Below the pieces are notes generated by a model. It was not told the DNA's origin. It made no database searches and saw nothing but the letters and a program-made list of their open reading frames with translations. A DNA stretch of 64,000 bases, taken from contig JBBTYA010000002.1 in NCBI GenBank assembly GCA_038061995.1, positions 83,282 to 147,281 on the forward strand, in the 5' to 3' direction. The translations under genes were made by a program, and so were the position numbers. Below are positions 37,640-48,271 of this stretch, piece by piece; within the stretch, counting starts at the first letter, position 1, and every line of letters starts with the position of its first letter. The stretch comes from Patescibacteria group bacterium (GTDB taxonomy: Bacteria; Patescibacteriota; Minisyncoccia; 2-02-FULL-40-12; GWA2-44-9).

Positions 37640-39511
37640 TTACTTCTGCTCTTCCGCTGGCTTCTCCTCTTTCATCTCTTCTTTTGGTTGCTCAGGAGTT
37701 GCTTGTGCCTGTTGCTGCTGATACATCGCCTGACCTACTTTCTGCACAGCTGTTGAGAGTTCCTCTACTGCTTTTTTGAGCACCTCGAGATTATCACCGT
37801 CTTTCACATGCTTCACGCTGGCTATCTTTTCTTCAACCGCCTTTTTGTCATCAGCGTTCACTTTTTCGCCAGCATCTTTGAGTGTTTTCTCTGAAGAGTA
37901 GACAAGCATCTCTGCGGCATTGCGAGCGTCTACGAGCTCTTTCTTCTTTGCGTCCTCTGCCGCGAAACGCTCTGCGTCTTCTACCATGCGCTTTTTCTCA
38001 TCGTCGGTCAGACCAGATGAGCCCTCAATGTGAACAGATTGTTCCTTGTTCGTTGCCTTGTCTTTTGCCTTTACGTGCAGGATACCGTTTGCATCAATGT
38101 CGAACGTCACCTCAACCTGTGGAACTCCACGTGGAGCTGGCGGGATGCCATCTAAGATGAAACGTCCAAGTGTCTTATTGTCTGCAGCCATAGGACGCTC
38201 ACCTTGTAACACATGGATCTCTACAGAAGGTTGATTGTCTGCTGCGGTTGAGAACACCTGTGTGCGAGCAACGGGAACGGTAGTATTCTTCTCGATCATT
38301 TTCGTCATCACCGCACCCATAGTCTCGATACCGAGAGAGAGCGGCGTGACATCGAGCAAGAGCACATCTTTTACATCGCCACGCATAATGCCGCCTTGGA
38401 TGGCTGCGCCGATAGCGACCACTTCATCGGGGTTAATGTCTTTGTGAGGTTCTTTCCCGAAGAGAGTGCGCACCGCCTCTACAATTGCTGGCATGCGCGT
38501 TTGACCACCCACCATCACTACTTCGTGGATATCCGAGAGCGCAAAGCCCGCCTCTTTTACCGCATCTTTCGTGAGATGAACGGAACGCTCAATCAGATCT
38601 TGCACAAGACTTTCAAGCTTTGCTCGCGTGAATGTCATTGTGAAGTGTTTAGGACCACTGGCATCTGCGGTAAGAAATGGAATATTCACTTCTGCTTGAG
38701 GCGTACTTGAAAGCTCGTGTTTCGCCTTTTCTGCAGCATCTTTCAAGCGCTGAAGTGCCATTTGGTCTTTCGAGATGTCGATCCCCTGCTCCTTTTGGAA
38801 TTCATCAATGAAGAAGTGGATGATACGTTGGTCAAGATCGTCGCCACCCAAGTGTGTATCACCACCGGTTGCCTTTACTTCAATCGTGTCTTCTGACACT
38901 TCCAGTACTGATACATCGAACGTGCCACCGCCAAAGTCGTAGACAACGATCTTCTCATCTTTCTTTTTGTTAAAACCATATGCAAGCGCTGCTGCGGTTG
39001 GCTCGTTAATGACGCGCTGAACAGTCAGCCCTGCGATTTCACCAGCATCTTTCGTTGCTTGACGTTGTGCGTCGTCAAAGTATGCAGGGACAGTAATAAT
39101 CGCTTCGGTGATTTTCTGACCGAGACGGCTCTCTGCATCTGCTTTAAGCTTCTGGAGAATCATCGCTGAGATTTCAGCAGGCTTGTACCACTTCTCTCCC
39201 ATGAGCACCTCAACGGAATCATTGGAACCCTGACGAATTTGGTATGGGAGAAGCTTCATATCACGCTGCACTTCAGCGTCAGAGAAGCGGCGACCGATAA
39301 GACGCTTAATAGAGTAGAGCGTGTGTTGCGGATTCGTCACCGCTTGGCGCTTTGCCGTAACACCCGCATAGCGTTCTGTTCCCTTCATGGCAATAATAGA
39401 GGGCGTTGTGCGCATGCCTTCCGCGTTTTCTAAAACGCGGGGCTGGCCAGCCTCAACAATTGCCATCGCTGAATTTGTTGTTCCTAAATCAATTCCAAGA
39501 ATTTTTGTCAT
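37640..39511 (-). CDS. dnaK: chaperone DnaK (Hsp70)
   Basis: [16 protein letters not shown] and the full-length Hsp70 signature. Confidence 0.97.
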   Translation of the reverse strand: MTKILGIDLGTTNSAMAIVEAGQPRVLENAEGMRTTPSIIAMKGTERYAGVTAKRQAVTNPQHTLYSIKRLIGRRFSDAEVQRDMKLLPYQIRQGSNDSVEVLMGEKWYKPAEISAMILQKLKADAESRLGQKITEAIITVPAYFDDAQRQATKDAGEIAGLTVQRVINEPTAAALAYGFNKKKDEKIVVYDFGGGTFDVSVLEVSEDTIEVKATGGDTHLGGDDLDQRIIHFFIDEFQKEQGIDISKDQMALQRLKDAAEKAKHELSSTPQAEVNIPFLTADASGPKHFTMTFTRAKLESLVQDLIERSVHLTKDAVKEAGFALSDIHEVVMVGGQTRMPAIVEAVRTLFGKEPHKDINPDEVVAIGAAIQGGIMRGDVKDVLLLDVTPLSLGIETMGAVMTKMIEKNTTVPVARTQVFSTAADNQPSVEIHVLQGERPMAADNKTLGRFILDGIPPAPRGVPQVEVTFDIDANGILHVKAKDKATNKEQSVHIEGSSGLTDDEKKRMVEDAERFAAEDAKKKELVDARNAAEMLVYSSEKTLKDAGEKVNADDKKAVEEKIASVKHVKDGDNLEVLKKAVEELSTAVQKVGQAMYQQQQAQATPEQPKEEMKEEKPAEEQK

Positions 39512-39590
39512 AAATTATTTTTGATATCGTACATGCCACAACCGACACATCCGAAGAGCTTCTCAAAGGAGGGGTTGGTTGAGGAATGTT

Positions 39591-40109
39591 TCACGATGAT
39601 GCTTCAGTTGTTTCTTTCTGCTGTAAGAACGACCCAACACGAACCTGCGCAGGACGAAGGACTCGGCCGTGCATGGTATATCCCATGCGAAGGCACGCCG
39701 TCACGATCCCATCACGTTCGGCGGTAGGAACGCTGTCTGTTCCAATGGCCTCATGAAGCGCTGGATCAAAAGCCACATCGCGTGTTGCAATTTCTGCAAC
39801 GCCGTGACGAGTAAATACTGCGCGCATTTGATCCTTCACAAGTACAATTCCCTTTGCCCAATCCGCATACTGCTCATGCACCGACGCGGGTATGTGCGCA
39901 ATGAGAGCCTCAAGAGAGTCAATAATCTCAAGCAAGTCTCCCACAACACGCTCACCGGCGCGCTCAGTCATCTCGAGTGCTCGACGCGATTCATCCTTCC
40001 TATAATTGATGAAGTCGGCGTGTGCACGAGCAAGTTGACCTTTAAGCTCAACAATGTGGTCTTCTTCTGTGCGCTCTTCTGGTGCCTGTGTATCGTTGGT
40101 AGTAGTCAT
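39591..40109 (-). CDS. grpE: nucleotide exchange factor GrpE
   Basis: GrpE family C-terminal region. Confidence 0.9.
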   Translation of the reverse strand: MTTTNDTQAPEERTEEDHIVELKGQLARAHADFINYRKDESRRALEMTERAGERVVGDLLEIIDSLEALIAHIPASVHEQYADWAKGIVLVKDQMRAVFTRHGVAEIATRDVAFDPALHEAIGTDSVPTAERDGIVTACLRMGYTMHGRVLRPAQVRVGSFLQQKETTEASS

Positions 40110-40115
40110 AAGGTA

Positions 40116-40874
40116 TTACGAGTCTGATTCTTCTGCGGCACGAGACACGGCATCCGTTGCATACGCGAGGAGTGCAAGGTTGCGACGGTAATCCATGCGC
40201 ATAGGGCCAATAATAGTGAGGAGTCCGGACATATTCCCTGGCAAGCGGTATCGAGCGACAATCACTGCTTCGTCTTGGATAGTACGCACAGGGTTCTCGC
40301 GCCCAATAAAGATGCGGTAAGGTTCGCTCTGCCACTTTCCAAACAATGCGTCATCGAGTCCTCCGCCGAACAAATCATCGAAGCGGTCAACGAAATGCAT
40401 GACCTGCATGGTACGCTCAAGGCGTTGAAATTCTGGAAACGCCATAAGCTCCGAGAGCCCAAATTTATAAAAGTCATCATAGTCTCGGATATGCGCGATG
40501 ACAGCGCTATCAAGAAGGTCGGCAAGTGTTGCGGCAAGATGCCTACTGAGAAGTCGCGAGTCTAAGCCCGCCTCTCCTACTAGCGCATCAATGCGACGAC
40601 GATCACGGACGGGAACAGCTGCATGCTCATCACGCTTTACGAGTTCATCCACCAGCCATCGGTAGGCGCGGTCGGTGGGCACGCGTCCAGCAGAGGTGTG
40701 CGGCTGGGTAAGGAACCCAAGCTCTTCAAGCACCTGCATATCATTACGAATAGTTGCAGGGCTCACATCCATGCCAGCGTGCGCGCACACAACAGCAGAG
40801 CCAACGGGTTCTGCGGTCCGTACATAGGTTCGAATAACGAACTCCAGTAAGCGTTCTTGTCGTTCTGTCAGCAT
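40116..40874 (-). CDS. hrcA: heat-inducible transcription repressor HrcA
   Basis: N-terminal wHTH LTERQERLLEFVIRTYV..EPVGS. The start is the Met at 40874, immediately downstream of CIRCE. Confidence 0.85.
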   Translation of the reverse strand: MLTERQERLLEFVIRTYVRTAEPVGSAVVCAHAGMDVSPATIRNDMQVLEELGFLTQPHTSAGRVPTDRAYRWLVDELVKRDEHAAVPVRDRRRIDALVGEAGLDSRLLSRHLAATLADLLDSAVIAHIRDYDDFYKFGLSELMAFPEFQRLERTMQVMHFVDRFDDLFGGGLDDALFGKWQSEPYRIFIGRENPVRTIQDEAVIVARYRLPGNMSGLLTIIGPMRMDYRRNLALLAYATDAVSRAAEESDS

Positions 40875-40894
40875 GCTTCCGCAGTATAGAAAAA

Positions 40895-40921
40895 TTAGCA
40901 CTCTCTAGTCAAGAGTGCTAA
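40895..40921 (-). promoter_or_regulatory. CIRCE operator (TTAGCACTC-N9-GAGTGCTAA) overlapping the hrcA promoter
   Basis: Perfect 9-N9-9 inverted repeat. A TTGACT inside the spacer and a TATACT lying 8 nt upstream of the ATG give the -35 and -10. Confidence 0.85.
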
Positions 40922-40942
40922 AACCCCCTTTCTGTGGACATG

Positions 40943-41650
40943 TCAGAGCCCGAAAAAACGGAAGAGTGCGTCGAAAGATGCGATGCGCTCAAGGCGCTGT
41001 GTTACTACTAAAACACCCAACGCAACAAGGAGAACTCCAAACCCCTTTGAAATGTAAGGCAAGGCTCCGCCCCAGTGCGCGATCCCCTTTTGGAATACTG
41101 ATGCGAACGCAGCTGCCAACAAAAATGGGATACCAAGCCCAAGCGCATACGCCATAAGTAATACAAAGGCTGTTCCCGGCTGTGTGATAGAGAGCGTGAG
41201 AATCGCTCCCAAAATTGCTCCAACGCATGGCGTCCACCCTGCGGCGAAAGCGGCTCCGAATACAAACGACGTGAGCCATCGCTGGGAAGGATTCGCGTGC
41301 ACGCGCAACGCATGCGTTTGTGCAAACCAAGGGATGCGTATGACGTCCATCAACACGAAACCGAACAGCATAATCACACCCCCGCCAATGCGCGACATCC
41401 ATATACGTGCATCATAGGCAACGGTTGCGAGGATGGTATTAAGCAAAACACCCAACACCGCGAACACTAATGAAAAGCCGATAACGAACCACGCAGCATT
41501 CACGAGCATGTCGCGCCGGCGATGCGACGCATCAGCTACTGTCGTTCCCGCAAGATACGCTAGAAACCCGGGGACAATAGGCACAATGCAAGGAGAGAGA
41601 AAGGAAACGAGCCCTCCAACAAACGCTGCAATAATAGGGAATTCAAGCAT
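40943..41650 (-). CDS. ccdA: cytochrome c-type biogenesis / thiol-disulfide transporter CcdA (DsbD family)
   Basis: Six TM helices with conserved Cys residues in TM1 and TM4 (SPC..., TPC...). Confidence 0.8.
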   Translation of the reverse strand: MLEFPIIAAFVGGLVSFLSPCIVPIVPGFLAYLAGTTVADASHRRRDMLVNAAWFVIGFSLVFAVLGVLLNTILATVAYDARIWMSRIGGGVIMLFGFVLMDVIRIPWFAQTHALRVHANPSQRWLTSFVFGAAFAAGWTPCVGAILGAILTLSITQPGTAFVLLMAYALGLGIPFLLAAAFASVFQKGIAHWGGALPYISKGFGVLLVALGVLVVTQRLERIASFDALFRFFGL

Positions 41651-41656
41651 GGAGCG

Positions 41657-42355
41657 TTATTGCGATGCTTTGGTGATTTCTTGCACGTATCGAGCGACGT
41701 CCCACGATTCTCCAGACTTGAGGACGGCTGATCCATTGTTTACAAACACTTTGGTGTGCTGATAGGCAATACCAAATTCACGCGCAAGGCCCTTCTCTAC
41801 GTCGTCTGTATCTGAATCATTATAATTCACACGGAATCCAACAACGCGATCCGTTTTGAGCTGGTTGAATGCCTGCTCGATATTCGGCATTTCTGCTTTA
41901 CAGATAGGACACCAGTTCGCATAGAAAAAGAGTACGATTATCCTTCCCGATTCTTGTGCAGCCGTGTAATCAGCCACGGAAAAATCCAGAAGCGGCGCAC
42001 TAGACCCAGCCAGTTTCTTTCCAGTGAAGGCCACGGGTTGCACTGAAAGTGCACTTTTTTGCATAGCAATGCGTGACGAGTCGCTATCCGTAGGCGCCTG
42101 CGCAAGTGCTGATGTCTCTGGGCGCATTGAAGAAGGCGTCGGGATAACGGGTTCGTCGCGTGCCGTCTCGTCATACATCCCATAGCGGACATACAGCGCG
42201 CTTCCTGCGATCACAAGCCCCGCGAGAAGTGCAATAATTCCTACGGGAGAAATTCCTCGTTCTGTGTGAGTGATAACCATAGTGAGGACCAGTATATCAT
42301 ACACATATCCACGCTCCAGATACGTGCGGTGCATGGTATACTTTACATACATCAT
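41657..42355 (-). CDS. membrane-anchored thioredoxin-fold thiol-disulfide oxidoreductase (TlpA/ResA-like)
   Basis: WCPIC active site. Confidence 0.75.
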   Translation of the reverse strand: MMYVKYTMHRTYLERGYVYDILVLTMVITHTERGISPVGIIALLAGLVIAGSALYVRYGMYDETARDEPVIPTPSSMRPETSALAQAPTDSDSSRIAMQKSALSVQPVAFTGKKLAGSSAPLLDFSVADYTAAQESGRIIVLFFYANWCPICKAEMPNIEQAFNQLKTDRVVGFRVNYNDSDTDDVEKGLAREFGIAYQHTKVFVNNGSAVLKSGESWDVARYVQEITKASQ

Positions 42356-42363
42356 TCATCCCC

Positions 42364-43635
42364 GTGGCATTCTTTCGCTCTATTCGATCACTCTGGAAAG
42401 CACTTGGACCTGGTTTAGTGACCGGAGCTTCAGATAACGATCCTTCCGGCATCGCATCATACTCTATCGCTGGAGCAAAAACGGGCTTTGCGCTTCTGTG
42501 GGCACTCCCTTTTGCAATCCCCTTCATGGTCGCTATCCAAGAAATGAGCGCGCGCATCGGCGCGCTTTCTGCATGTGGGCTCACCGGCAACATTAAGCGC
42601 CATTACCCAACATGGCTCCTTGCTATTGTGTCAGGGGGCATCATTGGTGCGAATGTGCTCAATATCGGAGCAGACATCGCTGGCATGACGAGCGCCGCTC
42701 AATTACTCTTCCCAACCCTCCCCACGATGCTCACTGCCACGCTCTTCACCATACTCATTGTGGGAATGATTATCTGGCTACGCTATGCAACGATCGTCGC
42801 TGTTTTTAAATGGCTCGCACTTTCATTGTTAGCCTACGTCGCCGCGTTCGCTATTGTGCGTGGGGATGCGTATGACATGTTGATACATACACTTCTGCCC
42901 GCGCTTGCATGGGATCGTGAGACGGTGCTTATGTTTTTTGCCATTCTGGGTACTACCATTTCGCCGTACCTCTACTTCTGGCAATCCAGTGAAGAGGCAG
43001 AGGAAGTGCGAGAAAGAAATACGCGCATTCGTGTATGTAAATTCCGACCGCTTTCCGACAACCGCCTAAACGTTATTGAGCTCGACACCGCCATCGGTAT
43101 GTCGTTCTCAAATATTGTTGCTTATTTTATTGTAGCGCTCACGGGAGCAACGCTTTTCAGCGCTGGGGCGCGTGATGTAGAAACAATCGCTCACATTGCA
43201 GAAGCACTTCGTCCGCTTGCTGGAGAATATGCATACACTCTTTTTGCGCTTGGGCTTATTAGTTCTGGATTTCTAGCCATTCCCGTTCTTGCAGGCTCTG
43301 CTGCGTACGTGCTTGCAGAGATCTTTGATTGGGAGCGCAGTCTCGATAAGCCATTTTCTCGTGCGCGCGCTTTTTATATCGTTCTTGCGCTCTCTGCATT
43401 CATTGGGCTTATCGTTCCGCTCGGTGGCATCTCTCCTGTGCAAGCGCTCTTTTATACTGCGATCCTCCACGCTATCGTTTCACCGCCACTCATCCTTCTT
43501 ATCACTCACATGGCAAGCAATAAAGCGATCGTTGGTGATCATATTAGCAGCCCCACCATACGCGGGCTTGCACTGGGCGCTTGTTGGGTCATGGCAATCA
43601 CCGGCATTTTGCTTATAATACCTGGTATATGGTAA
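42364..43635 (+). CDS. mntH: NRAMP-family divalent metal transporter (MntH-like)
   Basis: GPGLVTGASDNDPSGI matches the NRAMP DPGN signature. About 11 TM segments. Confidence 0.8.
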   Translation: MAFFRSIRSLWKALGPGLVTGASDNDPSGIASYSIAGAKTGFALLWALPFAIPFMVAIQEMSARIGALSACGLTGNIKRHYPTWLLAIVSGGIIGANVLNIGADIAGMTSAAQLLFPTLPTMLTATLFTILIVGMIIWLRYATIVAVFKWLALSLLAYVAAFAIVRGDAYDMLIHTLLPALAWDRETVLMFFAILGTTISPYLYFWQSSEEAEEVRERNTRIRVCKFRPLSDNRLNVIELDTAIGMSFSNIVAYFIVALTGATLFSAGARDVETIAHIAEALRPLAGEYAYTLFALGLISSGFLAIPVLAGSAAYVLAEIFDWERSLDKPFSRARAFYIVLALSAFIGLIVPLGGISPVQALFYTAILHAIVSPPLILLITHMASNKAIVGDHISSPTIRGLALGACWVMAITGILLIIPGIW

Positions 43636-45089
43636 ACGCATACAACACACGAACGAAACAAGTTGAACCCCTCGCTGCTGATGGCGACACAATTCGCATG
43701 TTTGTGTGCGGACCAACGGTCTACGATTACATTCATATTGGAAATGCGCGCACCTTTGTAGTGTTCGATGTTGTTGCACGTGCGCTTCGTGCGCAGGGCG
43801 TGCAGGTAACCTACATTCAGAACATCACCGATATTGATAATAAGATCATTCAACGTGCACACACGGAGAAAAAAGCAGCAGAAGATGTCGCACGCTATTT
43901 CACGCAAGCTTTTTACACAGATACACGCGCTCTCGGCATCACGAGCCCTAGTGCGTATGTGCGGGCGACAGATGTTATCACTGCAATTATTCAACAAATT
44001 CAAACACTCATCAGCAAGCGTTATGCCTATGCCGTACCAGCTCGCAAAGCAGAAGGACACGCCGCTCTTGATCCAGTAGGGCTTTCAGATGTGTATTTCG
44101 ATGTGCGCGCTTATGAAGCCGATTTTCCGCATGCCTATGGCGCCCTTTCGGGACATACAGATCCAAAGCAGCTTGTAGAGGGTTCTCGCATCGCTCTTGA
44201 AGAAAACAAGCGGAGCGCACGTGATTTTGTGCTCTGGAAAGCGAAAAACTACGCCTACGAGCCTTCGTGGGAGTCTCCCTGGGGTCATGGCCGCCCTGGG
44301 TGGCACATTGAAGATACGGCCATTAGCGAAACATACTTCGGCTCGCAGTATGATCTCCATGGAGGTGCTCAGGATCTCATATTCCCCCACCACGAAGCAG
44401 AGATAGCACAACAACAAGCGGCATCAGGAAAGACACCGTTTGTGCGCCATTGGATGCATGCAGGCTTCTTGCATATGGGTGAAGAAAAGATGTCGAAGTC
44501 CCTCGGCAATATTGTTTCTCTTCGAGAGCTATTAGAAAAGTATTCTCCGCAGGCCATTCGCCTCTTCCTATTGGGTGCACACTATCGCTCGCCGCTCACG
44601 TTTTCATATGAAGCCCTCGATGCAAGTGAAACAGCAGTGAATCGTATCCGAGAATGCCTTGATCGCCTTGTTGCGCAAGAAGAAAACACCCCGCAAGCGC
44701 ACACGCATGACGGAGTTATCGCACATGAGCTTGCCACGCAACACGAGGCGGCACTTGTAGCATTAAACAATGACTTTGATACGCCCGCTGTTATCGCGGC
44801 GCTCTTTGAAAGCATCCGCACTATCAATACCGCACTTGATAAGCACGCTATTGATATGCACTCGGCGCAGAAAGTATTCCAACTGTTTGATTTCTTCGAT
44901 GCCGTCCTTGGCGTGATCCCACGCCCCAGCGCACCTATCCCAGAAGACATTCGTGAACTGGCTGAACAGCGACAAGAAGCAAAGCAGGCAAAAACATTCG
45001 CGCTCGCAGATGAACTCCGAGATCTCATTATCCAAAAGGGCTACGCTATCGACGACACCTCAACGGGATACCGTTTAAAGCGCAAATAA
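43629..45089 (+). CDS. cysS: cysteinyl-tRNA synthetase
   Basis: HIGN (HIGH-like) and KMSKS motifs. The start is the internal Met overlapping the mntH-like stop. Confidence 0.95.
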   Translation: MVNAYNTRTKQVEPLAADGDTIRMFVCGPTVYDYIHIGNARTFVVFDVVARALRAQGVQVTYIQNITDIDNKIIQRAHTEKKAAEDVARYFTQAFYTDTRALGITSPSAYVRATDVITAIIQQIQTLISKRYAYAVPARKAEGHAALDPVGLSDVYFDVRAYEADFPHAYGALSGHTDPKQLVEGSRIALEENKRSARDFVLWKAKNYAYEPSWESPWGHGRPGWHIEDTAISETYFGSQYDLHGGAQDLIFPHHEAEIAQQQAASGKTPFVRHWMHAGFLHMGEEKMSKSLGNIVSLRELLEKYSPQAIRLFLLGAHYRSPLTFSYEALDASETAVNRIRECLDRLVAQEENTPQAHTHDGVIAHELATQHEAALVALNNDFDTPAVIAALFESIRTINTALDKHAIDMHSAQKVFQLFDFFDAVLGVIPRPSAPIPEDIRELAEQRQEAKQAKTFALADELRDLIIQKGYAIDDTSTGYRLKRK

Positions 45090-45120
45090 AAAGGAGGTGG
45101 CAATGTTACGCCACCTCCTT
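45083..45120 (-). terminator. intrinsic terminator for the minus-strand small gene
   Basis: AAGGAGGTGGC-aatgttac-GCCACCTCCTT hairpin, with the T-run on the minus strand. Confidence 0.5.
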
Positions 45121-45142
45121 CGCCAGAGAGTGCCCCTAGCGA

Positions 45143-45316
45143 TCAGGCGATCACGGAGACCTTCGCGAGCGGCACACTCCGCTCGATCCCGCTCTCGCCA
45201 CAGAACGTCACGAACTCTTCTCCTTCCCTGCGGAAGAGACCGGCCACCGCGTACTTGGCGCCCTGATACAGAATGGCGCGCGGCTGGGTCGCGGTGAACT
45301 GCCGGAGCTTGGGCAT
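45143..45316 (-). CDS. small hypothetical protein (57 aa; alternative start at 45340 gives 65 aa)
   Basis: AAGGAGGG SD 6 nt upstream of the ATG and its own terminator downstream. Confidence 0.45.
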   Translation of the reverse strand: MPKLRQFTATQPRAILYQGAKYAVAGLFRREGEEFVTFCGESGIERSVPLAKVSVIA

Positions 45317-45450
45317 GCGTTCCCTCCTTAGTAAAGGCATGCGTCGTGAAGGTATTATTATACGCCTTTTTCCTAGAAGGTCAAAGGGTTGGCGCAGACA
45401 TCCACACACTCTCCACAGAAAGAGTTGCCAGCGCAGAGAGAAGATGAATA

Positions 45451-46842
45451 ATGAGCTCCATGGCAGGCACTGCACCACAAGTCCCCACACAGACGCCCCC
45501 GCACAGCACTGATGCGGAAAAAACGCTTTTAGGAGCTTTACTCATTGATCGTGAGGCAATCAACCGCGTTGTTGATTTCCTTCGTCCTGAAGATTTCTAT
45601 CACCGTAACCACCAGCACGTTTACGAGGCCGTCATTTCTCTCTTTGAGAAGCGTGATGCTATTGATGTATTAAGCGTCTCCAACGTGCTTGCGGAACGTG
45701 GAGTGCTTACTGATGTCGGCGGCGTAGGGTTTCTTACCTCTCTAGCAAGCGCGGTTCCCTCTGCGGCACACGCCTCAACCTACGGTCGTATTCTTCAAAA
45801 GAAACGTACGCTGCGCAACCTCATTGACGTTGCACATGAGATCATTGGCCTTGGATATCGCGAAGATGAAGATACAGAAACACTCCTCGACGAAGCTGAG
45901 CGTAAATTGTTCGCTATCGGAGAGAAATCTCGCCCGCAGAATTTCACAGCTCTCGCGAGTAGTTTAGATGCCGCAATGGAGCGCATCAGCACGCAAGATA
46001 CCGGCGAATTACGCGGCCTCCCCACGCGTCATACGAAACTTGATGAAATGCTCGGCGGGTTCCAGCGCTCTGATTTGGTTATTATTGCCGCGCGCCCCTC
46101 GGTGGGTAAAACTGCGTTCTCTATTGATATCGCGGGACGTCTTGCTGCAAATGGAACTCCGATTGCCATCTTCAGCTTGGAAATGTCTACGGATCAGGTT
46201 GTTGATCGTTTCATCGCATCAAAATCAGGAGTGTCACTTTGGAAGCTCCGCACCGGTCGCCTCTCACATGATGGCGTTGATAATGACTTCCTTCGTATCA
46301 CCACTGCTATTAGTGAGCTCAAAAACACACCAGTGTTCATTGATGACAGCGCGAGCATGAACGTGCTCCAAATGCGTGCGGTGGCCCGTCGCCTCCATGC
46401 AGAACACGGCCTTGGCGCAGTAGTAGTCGACTATCTCCAGCTCATGGCAGGCCGCAAAGATTATGACAGCGCCGTACAGCAAGTAACTGAGATCTCACGC
46501 GGGCTCAAGGGGCTCGCCAAAGAGCTCAACATTCCTGTCATTGCCCTCTCTCAGCTCTCACGCGCCATTGAAAGCCGCGATGGTCACCGCCCGAAACTGT
46601 CCGACTTGCGCGATTCGGGTTCTATTGAACAAGATGCGGATGTTGTCATGTTTATTCACCGCGACGACAAAGTGAACTTCTCGAAGGCCCAACAAGAGAA
46701 CAAGCTCAACATGGCACAGCTCATCATTGCAAAACATCGTAACGGCCCCACAGGCGACATTGATTTCTATATTGACCCAGATAGTTTACAATTCTACGAA
46801 GTAGACCGTCAGCACAACTTTGACGGCCCCGCAACGTTCTAA
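45451..46842 (+). CDS. dnaB: replicative DNA helicase DnaB
   Basis: DnaB N-terminal domain and a RecA-like domain with Walker A (ARPSVGKT). Confidence 0.95.
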   Translation: MSSMAGTAPQVPTQTPPHSTDAEKTLLGALLIDREAINRVVDFLRPEDFYHRNHQHVYEAVISLFEKRDAIDVLSVSNVLAERGVLTDVGGVGFLTSLASAVPSAAHASTYGRILQKKRTLRNLIDVAHEIIGLGYREDEDTETLLDEAERKLFAIGEKSRPQNFTALASSLDAAMERISTQDTGELRGLPTRHTKLDEMLGGFQRSDLVIIAARPSVGKTAFSIDIAGRLAANGTPIAIFSLEMSTDQVVDRFIASKSGVSLWKLRTGRLSHDGVDNDFLRITTAISELKNTPVFIDDSASMNVLQMRAVARRLHAEHGLGAVVVDYLQLMAGRKDYDSAVQQVTEISRGLKGLAKELNIPVIALSQLSRAIESRDGHRPKLSDLRDSGSIEQDADVVMFIHRDDKVNFSKAQQENKLNMAQLIIAKHRNGPTGDIDFYIDPDSLQFYEVDRQHNFDGPATF

Positions 46843-46848
46843 CTTCCC

Positions 46849-47448
46849 ATGAACGAACACATCATTGCGCTTTCGCGCATGCTTCAGAAACTCCCAGGCG
46901 TAGGCCCCCGCCAAGCACTACGCTTTGTCTTAGCCCTTATGAATCACGATGAGCGAGATCTCGTGATGTTGGGCGACGCCATCGCACGACTCAGAACGGC
47001 GGTACAAACGTGTACCACGTGCTTTAACATTTCTGATGGTGATACCTGCAGAGTGTGTGGAGATGCGAAGCGAGATCCATACACTATTCTCGTATTAGAA
47101 AAAGTGACCGATTTAGAATCCGTTGAGCGCACCGGGCTTTATCGTGGCCGCTATCATGTACTTGGCGGTTCTATCCACCCCGCAGACGGCGTTACCGCCG
47201 ACAATCTCCGCATTCACGAACTCGTAGAGCGTGTAAGTAACCTTGCACACCCCGATCGCCCCGTAGAAGTCATTTTAGCCACCAATGCGCACGCGCCAGG
47301 CGAAACCACCGCCCTCTATATTGAAAGCCTTCTGCGCCCCCTTGAATATGTCCGAATCACCAAACTCGCGCGCGGTCTTTCATCGGGAACGCATGTAGAG
47401 TATGCGGACGAAATGACGCTCAAAAACGCCCTCGATTTTAGAAAATAA
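46849..47448 (+). CDS. recR: recombination protein RecR
   Basis: HhH, C4 zinc finger (CTTC..CRVC) and Toprim domains. Confidence 0.95.
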   Translation: MNEHIIALSRMLQKLPGVGPRQALRFVLALMNHDERDLVMLGDAIARLRTAVQTCTTCFNISDGDTCRVCGDAKRDPYTILVLEKVTDLESVERTGLYRGRYHVLGGSIHPADGVTADNLRIHELVERVSNLAHPDRPVEVILATNAHAPGETTALYIESLLRPLEYVRITKLARGLSSGTHVEYADEMTLKNALDFRK

Positions 47449-47452
47449 AAGA

Positions 47453-47474
47453 GGCCAAGGACGAATCCTTGGCC
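47453..47474. terminator. bidirectional hairpin GGCCAAGG-acgaat-CCTTGGCC
   Basis: Perfect 8-bp stem between the convergent recR and Zn-ribbon genes. Confidence 0.45.
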
Positions 47475-47488
47475 CGCGACCCTGCACG

Positions 47489-47752
47489 CTAGGTGCAGAG
47501 TGGCATTCTGGGTGGTTGAGGCGGCCGCGCGATACGCAGCGGCACGATCACCAGAGTCGTCACCTCTTCGGTGAGCGGCTCCGACACGCGGTTGCACTTG
47601 GGGCACGCGTCAGAAAGTCGCTGAGCGGCATCCTGAGCCTCCTCCAGCGTCTTACCGCAGTGGCGGCAGCTCATCACACGGATCGGAACACGATCCGAGC
47701 CCCCGATCAACGAGACGTCCCCGCCACAGCTGGGACACTGTACTGTCGCCAT
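47489..47752 (-). CDS. zinc-ribbon domain protein, hypothetical
   Basis: CPSCG..CRHCG..CPKC cysteine pairs. GAGGAGG SD upstream. Confidence 0.55.
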   Translation of the reverse strand: MATVQCPSCGGDVSLIGGSDRVPIRVMSCRHCGKTLEEAQDAAQRLSDACPKCNRVSEPLTEEVTTLVIVPLRIARPPQPPRMPLCT

Positions 47753-47805
47753 AAGCCTCCTCTTCCCCTCCGTTGCTTTGGGGAAGGTCTATTATGCCAC
47801 AACCA

Positions 47806-47842
47806 CAGAAAAACACAACATCTCCGTTATGCGGAGATGTTG
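47806..47842 (-). terminator. intrinsic terminator overlapping the rplU stop codon
   Basis: CAACATCTCCG-cataa-CGGAGATGTTG followed by TGTTTTTCTG on the minus strand. Confidence 0.55.
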
Positions 47843-48141
47843 GTGATCTTTACCTTCGTAAACAATTGACGGTGGCCCTTCTTTTTGCGGTAGCGGGTTT
47901 TTGCTTTAAAGCGGAAGACCATCTTCTTCTCGCCCTTGCCCTGCTCTAATACTTGGGCAGTTACCTTCGCCTTTTCTACGGTTGGCTGGCCAACGGCAAT
48001 GTCTTTATCATCGGCGGTAAGAAGCACTTCTGAGAAAGTAACTTCTGATCCCTCGGCGGCATCAAGCTTTTCAATATCAAGAATGTCGCCCACAGCGACT
48101 TTATATTGTTTGCCACCAGTCTGAATAACAGCAAATGTCAT
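47827..48141 (-). CDS. rplU: 50S ribosomal protein L21
   Basis: MTFAVIQTGGKQYKV... is a family match. Confidence 0.95.
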   Translation of the reverse strand: MTFAVIQTGGKQYKVAVGDILDIEKLDAAEGSEVTFSEVLLTADDKDIAVGQPTVEKAKVTAQVLEQGKGEKKMVFRFKAKTRYRKKKGHRQLFTKVKITNISA

Positions 48142-48232
48142 AAGGCTCTTATCATAGCAGAAACACCTAAAAGGTCAAGAAATAGGCTGGGGGACGCGTT
48201 CTCGGATACCCTTCAAATCCAACAGGTTCTTA

Positions 48233-48268
48233 GTACATAAAAACTCCCCAGTGGGAGTCTTTATGTAC
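48233..48268 (-). terminator. long hairpin immediately 3' of tRNA-Glu
   Basis: GTACATAAAAACTCCC-cagt-GGGAGTCTTTATGTAC. Confidence 0.4.
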
Positions 48269-48271
48269 TAG

